The position numbers and the translations under genes were made by a program. Of a stretch of DNA of 64,000 nucleotides, positions 59,899 to 64,000 are shown one piece after another (position 1 is the stretch's first letter; every line of letters begins with the position of its first letter). A model generated the notes under the pieces. That model did not search any database. It saw nothing but the letters and a program-made list of their open reading frames with translations, and was not told the DNA's origin. Origin of the DNA: Macrostomum hystrix (taxonomy: Eukaryota > Animalia > Platyhelminthes). Location of the stretch: contig CATNEN010000024.1 in NCBI GenBank assembly GCA_950097015.1, positions 5,394,001 through 5,458,000 on the forward strand, given 5' to 3'.

Positions 59899-60772
59899 GT
59901 GTCTACTACCTCCCCTACCTCACTGTCTACTGCTTCCGCTGTCTCCGTCTACTGCCTCCCCTTTCTCCATATCTACTGCCTCCCCTGCCTCCGTGTCTAC
60001 TGCCTCCCCTGTATCCGTGTCTACTGCCTCCCCTGTACCCGTGTCTACTGCCTCCCCTGTACCCGTGTCTACTGCCTCCCCTGTACCCGTGTCTACTGCC
60101 TCCCCTGTATCCGTATCTACTGCCTCCCCTGTACCCGTGTCTACTGCCTCCCCTGTATCCGTGTCTACTGTCTCCCCTGTACCCGTTCTACTGCCTCCCC
60201 TGTATCCGTATCTAGTGCCTCCCCTGTATCCGTGTCTACTGCCTCCCCTGTATCCGTATCTACTGTCTCCCCTGTACCCGTTCTACTGCCTCACTTGTAT
60301 CCGTATCTAGTGCCTCCCCTGTATCCGTGTCTACTGCCTCCCCTGTATCCGTGTCTACTGTCTCCCCTGTACCCGTTCTACTGCCTCCCCTGTATCCGTT
60401 CTACTGCCTCCCCTGTATCCGTGTCTACTGCCTCCCCTGTCTCCATATCTAGTGCCTCCCCTGTCTCCGTATCTAGTGCCTCCCCTGTCTCCGTGTCTAC
60501 TGCCTCCCCTGTCTCCGTATCTAGTGCCTCCCCTGTCTCCGTGTCTACTGCCTCCCCTGTCTCCGTGTCTACTGCCTCCCCTGTCTCCGTATCTAGTGCC
60601 TCCCCTGTCTCCGTATCTACTGCCTCCCCTGTCTCCGTGTCTACTGCCTCCCCTGTCTCCGTATCTAGTGCCTCCCCTGTCTCCGTGTCTACTGCCTCCC
60701 CTGTCTCCGTGTCTACTGCCTCCCCTGTCTCCGTATCTAGTGCCTCCCCTGTCTCCGTGTCTACTGCCTCCA
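59899..60772. repeat. 24-bp minisatellite (GTCTACTGCCTCCCCTGTMTCCGT), ~36 copies
   Basis: Directly visible. Confidence 0.95.
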
Positions 60773-61177
60773 AGTTGGCTAGTGCTAGGCAGTAAAATGA
60801 ATCGTGTTCATAGGTTTTTTTCCGAAGTTGAGACATTTTTGGTAATTATAAAGGTTATTTACGCTCGTAGTGTATTTTTAGCTGTGCCACCATTCGTTTT
60901 ACGAGCTCCACTCTCGTACTTTTCAAGAAAGCGTGTTAACCTATGCTATAGAATTAAAAAAACAAGTGATAGTTAGATCCAAAAGTATAGGAAATTATCT
61001 GGAAATCTGGTAAAGAATATGCGATATCTCTTTTAAAGGGTGACTCTCGTGTATGTACTTATAGGTGCTTGCGATTGAGTAGAAGAATATCCTTCCGTAG
61101 TTATGTTAAATCAGTTTTTGGTTCAACTTCCGCCTGCTTCAATATAGGCGCGGCCACCCACTGTCCACTCGAGCAAG

Positions 61178-63601
61178 TTACCAGCATTCCCTCACATCCA
61201 TTTGCTCGCTCGGAGGCTTGGCTTCGGCTGTGCTCTTCGGCAGCTTGATCGCTGATCGTCGGCGTCTGAAAGCCAGAGCTGCCAGTCGCATTCGGGTGAA
61301 CTTCAGCAGCAGATAGCCTGACTGCAGCAGCTCGATGACGCTAACGGCGCTCCAGCCCAGGTAGAGTCCAACCAGGCCTCCGAGGTTGCCCATGAGGCTC
61401 ATCAGGTTGTACTTGTAGCTCTCCTCGGATGCTTGCACTTTATCGGAAGCCTGACGCACCTCCAGCTTGACAAAGTTCGAGCCGATGATTCCAGAAAGCT
61501 TTGATAGAAGGCTCAGCTGTGTGATGTTGATGTCTGTGCCATTGTTGCTAATCAAGTTGTTCAGATCCACAATGTACTGGAGTCCAGCAATCCTCATTCC
61601 AGTTTGCATTTGCACTGACCGCAGCCTCACAGGAAGCATGTTGCTGACCATTGCCTGAATATTCGTCTCCAGAGGCCACTTTGTGCCAGACACCTTCACA
61701 TCATAGTAGCGCTTCTGGCACGGCTCGTAGCAGTGACTGGTCGACACGTTGACGTAATTTGTCCCTTTAAAGCACGAACTAGTGTTCTGGAATTCCGGCG
61801 TGCTTGTATTCATGCAGTTGGGCAGTCTGAATCGCTGCTCATCCATGGGCAAGGCGGGGTCGCGACAGTTGCACCTTTGCTGCAGAAAGTCCATGCGAGC
61901 TCGCAAGATGCAGTCCGTCTTGATGGCGTCATACTCTTGCCATTCGGATTTGTACTCTGCTGTTGCACTGCTGATGTTTATCGCATTGCTGACCTGTTTC
62001 ACTATATTGTAACGAACTTTCAGGCCTTCTTTTGTGCAGGGGTTCGACTCCTTGCTAATGGCAGAGTCGGTATGCTCAGTGTAGGTGAGCAAGCTGCTTT
62101 GTCCGCTGCTCACCATCACCTTGAAATCTTCGTGCAGGTAGTGCTCTGAAATTAAACAAAGAATGGACATTTTAAAAAAGGCAGAAATGCCTCGTAAACG
62201 CTGAGGAAGACAACTACGAGTATATACTCTTGCGCAATCGAGTGTTTGCTAATATTCCTTAGTCTGTGGTCAATTTCAGAAGCAGAGAGGAACACTCGCA
62301 CTAATTATGTCACCTTTGGGCTTCACATAGAGAGCCACTCCCGACGACCTGTCGAATTGAAGTTTTCCAGTGACGCTGACTGCAGACAGTGGAAACCCTT
62401 GATCGAATCTGCCATTCAGATCGCTGGAACCGATGAGGCTCTCACTGAACAGCACGAAGGTGGCGCTGGTCTCGCTGGGGTCAGGAAGAAATCTGTAGCA
62501 GTTCAGGTACAATTCGCTGTCGACTTGTTCAAAGTGAGCCTGGTTGTTGCAGTCTGTACCGTTTGACAGCTCGCAGCTGAAAAGCAGCGTCTCTGACCAG
62601 ATGCCGAATGCACGCTTCAAGAAATGTCGTCCCAGGGTGTGCATCATGGCCCAAACCATATCTTGTGTCACAGACCCTAAGCTTGCAATAGCTCCACTCA
62701 CGGTTGGATTAATGCTTGTGTTGGTTAGATTTGCACCTGAATTCACACTTGCAATAGCTCCACTCACGGTTGGATTAATGCTTGTGTTGGTTAGATTTGC
62801 ACCTGAATTCACACTTGCAATAGCTCCACTCACGGTTGGATTAATGCTTGTGTTGGTTAGATTTGCACCTGAAGTCACACTTGCGATAGCTCCACTCACG
62901 GTTGGATTAATGCTTGTATTGGTTAGATTTGCACCTGAAGTCACACTTGCAATAGCTCCACTCACGGTCGGATTAATGCTTGTGTTGGTTAGATTTGCAC
63001 CTGAAGTCACACTTGCGATAGCTCCACTCACGGTTGGATTAATGCTTGTGTTGGTTAGATTTGCACCTGAAGTCACACTTGCGATAGCTCCACTCACGGT
63101 TGGATTAATGCTTGTGTTGGTTAGATTTGCACCTGAAGTCACACTTGCGATAGCTCCACTCACTGTTGGATTAATGCTTGTGTTGGTTAGATTTGCACCT
63201 GAATTCACTGCGGTTAAAGACCTACTTTTGGGGATGTTAAGTGTTGCGAATGCGGCCTTTATATCGTTAAGCAAGCTACCCATTACAGAAGCAATGGAGT
63301 CATAACTGTGATCCATGGAGGTATAGCTAAGGGGCACGTTACTGCAAAACACCAGGTCGGGAAACTTTGCCGTCTGGTCGTTTCTACCGCTCAGCATGGT
63401 CTGGCCTTCCATGTATTCCTGCAAAGTGAGATACACCTGCACACCCGTGAAGCAAGTCAGGCCGAGGCACAGCAGGAGGCCGAAAATCTGCAGCGTCGGC
63501 GGCTTGTCCGCCATCGGCAGGTGCTCCATCAGGCCGGCTGGCGGCACCGACTCGGATGTCGACGAGGAACCAGATTGAGATTTTTCAGAGCCTTTTTCCA
63601 T
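61178..63601 (-). CDS. DEG/ENaC/ASIC-family channel subunit; two exons (63601..~62300-62315 and 62148..61178)
   Basis: TM1 (IFGLLLCLGLTCFTGVQVYLTLQEY), FPDLVFCSNVP, NCYRF, Cys-rich thumb (CNCRDP..C..CYEPC), and TM2 SLMGNLGGLVGLYLGWSAVSVIELL with GxS filter. Acceptor TTTCAG|AG is phase 1; the exact donor is ambiguous among three phase-1 GTs. Confidence 0.9.
62681..63208 (-). repeat. In-frame coding repeat, 8 x 66 bp (V[T/N]SGANLTNTSINPTVSGAIAS), in the channel ectodomain
   Basis: Directly visible; exactly 528 bp, with the ORF open on both sides. Confidence 0.95.
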
Positions 63602-64000
63602 TGCATCGGTTAGTTTGGGGGTTTCTAGAGAAAGAACGAAATCTATAGACCCATATTTTTTAAATCTCACATTATATGTATACTATTGCTAGTATTTGTG
63701 TGATTGGCTATCTGTATTTGCCATCCAGTTTAGCCATTCCGTTGAGGACAAAGCAGCTAGCTTGTATCCTTGGAGAACGATATCGGGCTTGCCTTCAAAT
63801 TAAATCAAATTGCAAGCAAACTGCGCGTCACATTTTTATGGAATTTTTAGGCAGAAAGCCTTCGTCATCTACGGCTCGTAGCAAAAATGGTAACTGAATA
63901 CGATTTTTATTCCACTTGCAATCAGCTTGATTGCTGTGAGATGACTGCTGCGATGTTGCTCTCATTCACCTCTATTTGGTATTTCCAGAGCACAATTACA

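Noticed and set aside
57538-60976. Pro/Cys/Ser-rich ORFs (up to 331 aa)
   Set aside because: All frames of a 24-bp minisatellite are open by chance; there is no unique coding flank.

Overview
Repeat-rich eukaryotic (metazoan) genomic DNA. GC-rich, polyQ-rich exons are separated by AT-rich introns full of minisatellites, tRNA-derived SINEs and MITEs. The style suggests a free-living flatworm such as Macrostomum; that is an inference, not something shown here. I reconstructed 11 gene models by hand (10 spliced ones with phase-consistent splice sites, one intronless): the 3' part of BLM helicase; MITF/TFE; an uncharacterised 4-exon polyQ gene; an intronless Tyr-rich gene; a dynamin-like GTPase fused to a degenerate kinase (DSTYK-like); a secreted PAN + ConA/LamG-type lectin; GTF2F2; a compact PCM1; a BRCT + archaemetzincin fusion; SMAD4; and a DEG/ENaC channel. 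Three signals stand out. (1) A BRCT-archaemetzincin protease with an NLS-like motif, whose ORF starts exactly at an unpaired in-phase splice acceptor with no ATG of its own. It lies in a same-strand GTF2F2-PCM1-protease-SMAD4 cluster that looks like an SL-trans-spliced operon. (2) A DEG/ENaC channel with an in-frame 8 x 22-aa repeat carrying 16 N-glycosylation sequons in its extracellular finger region. (3) A ~1029-aa dynamin-like GTPase with intact G motifs fused to a pseudokinase. All domain calls come from motif recall, not database searches.
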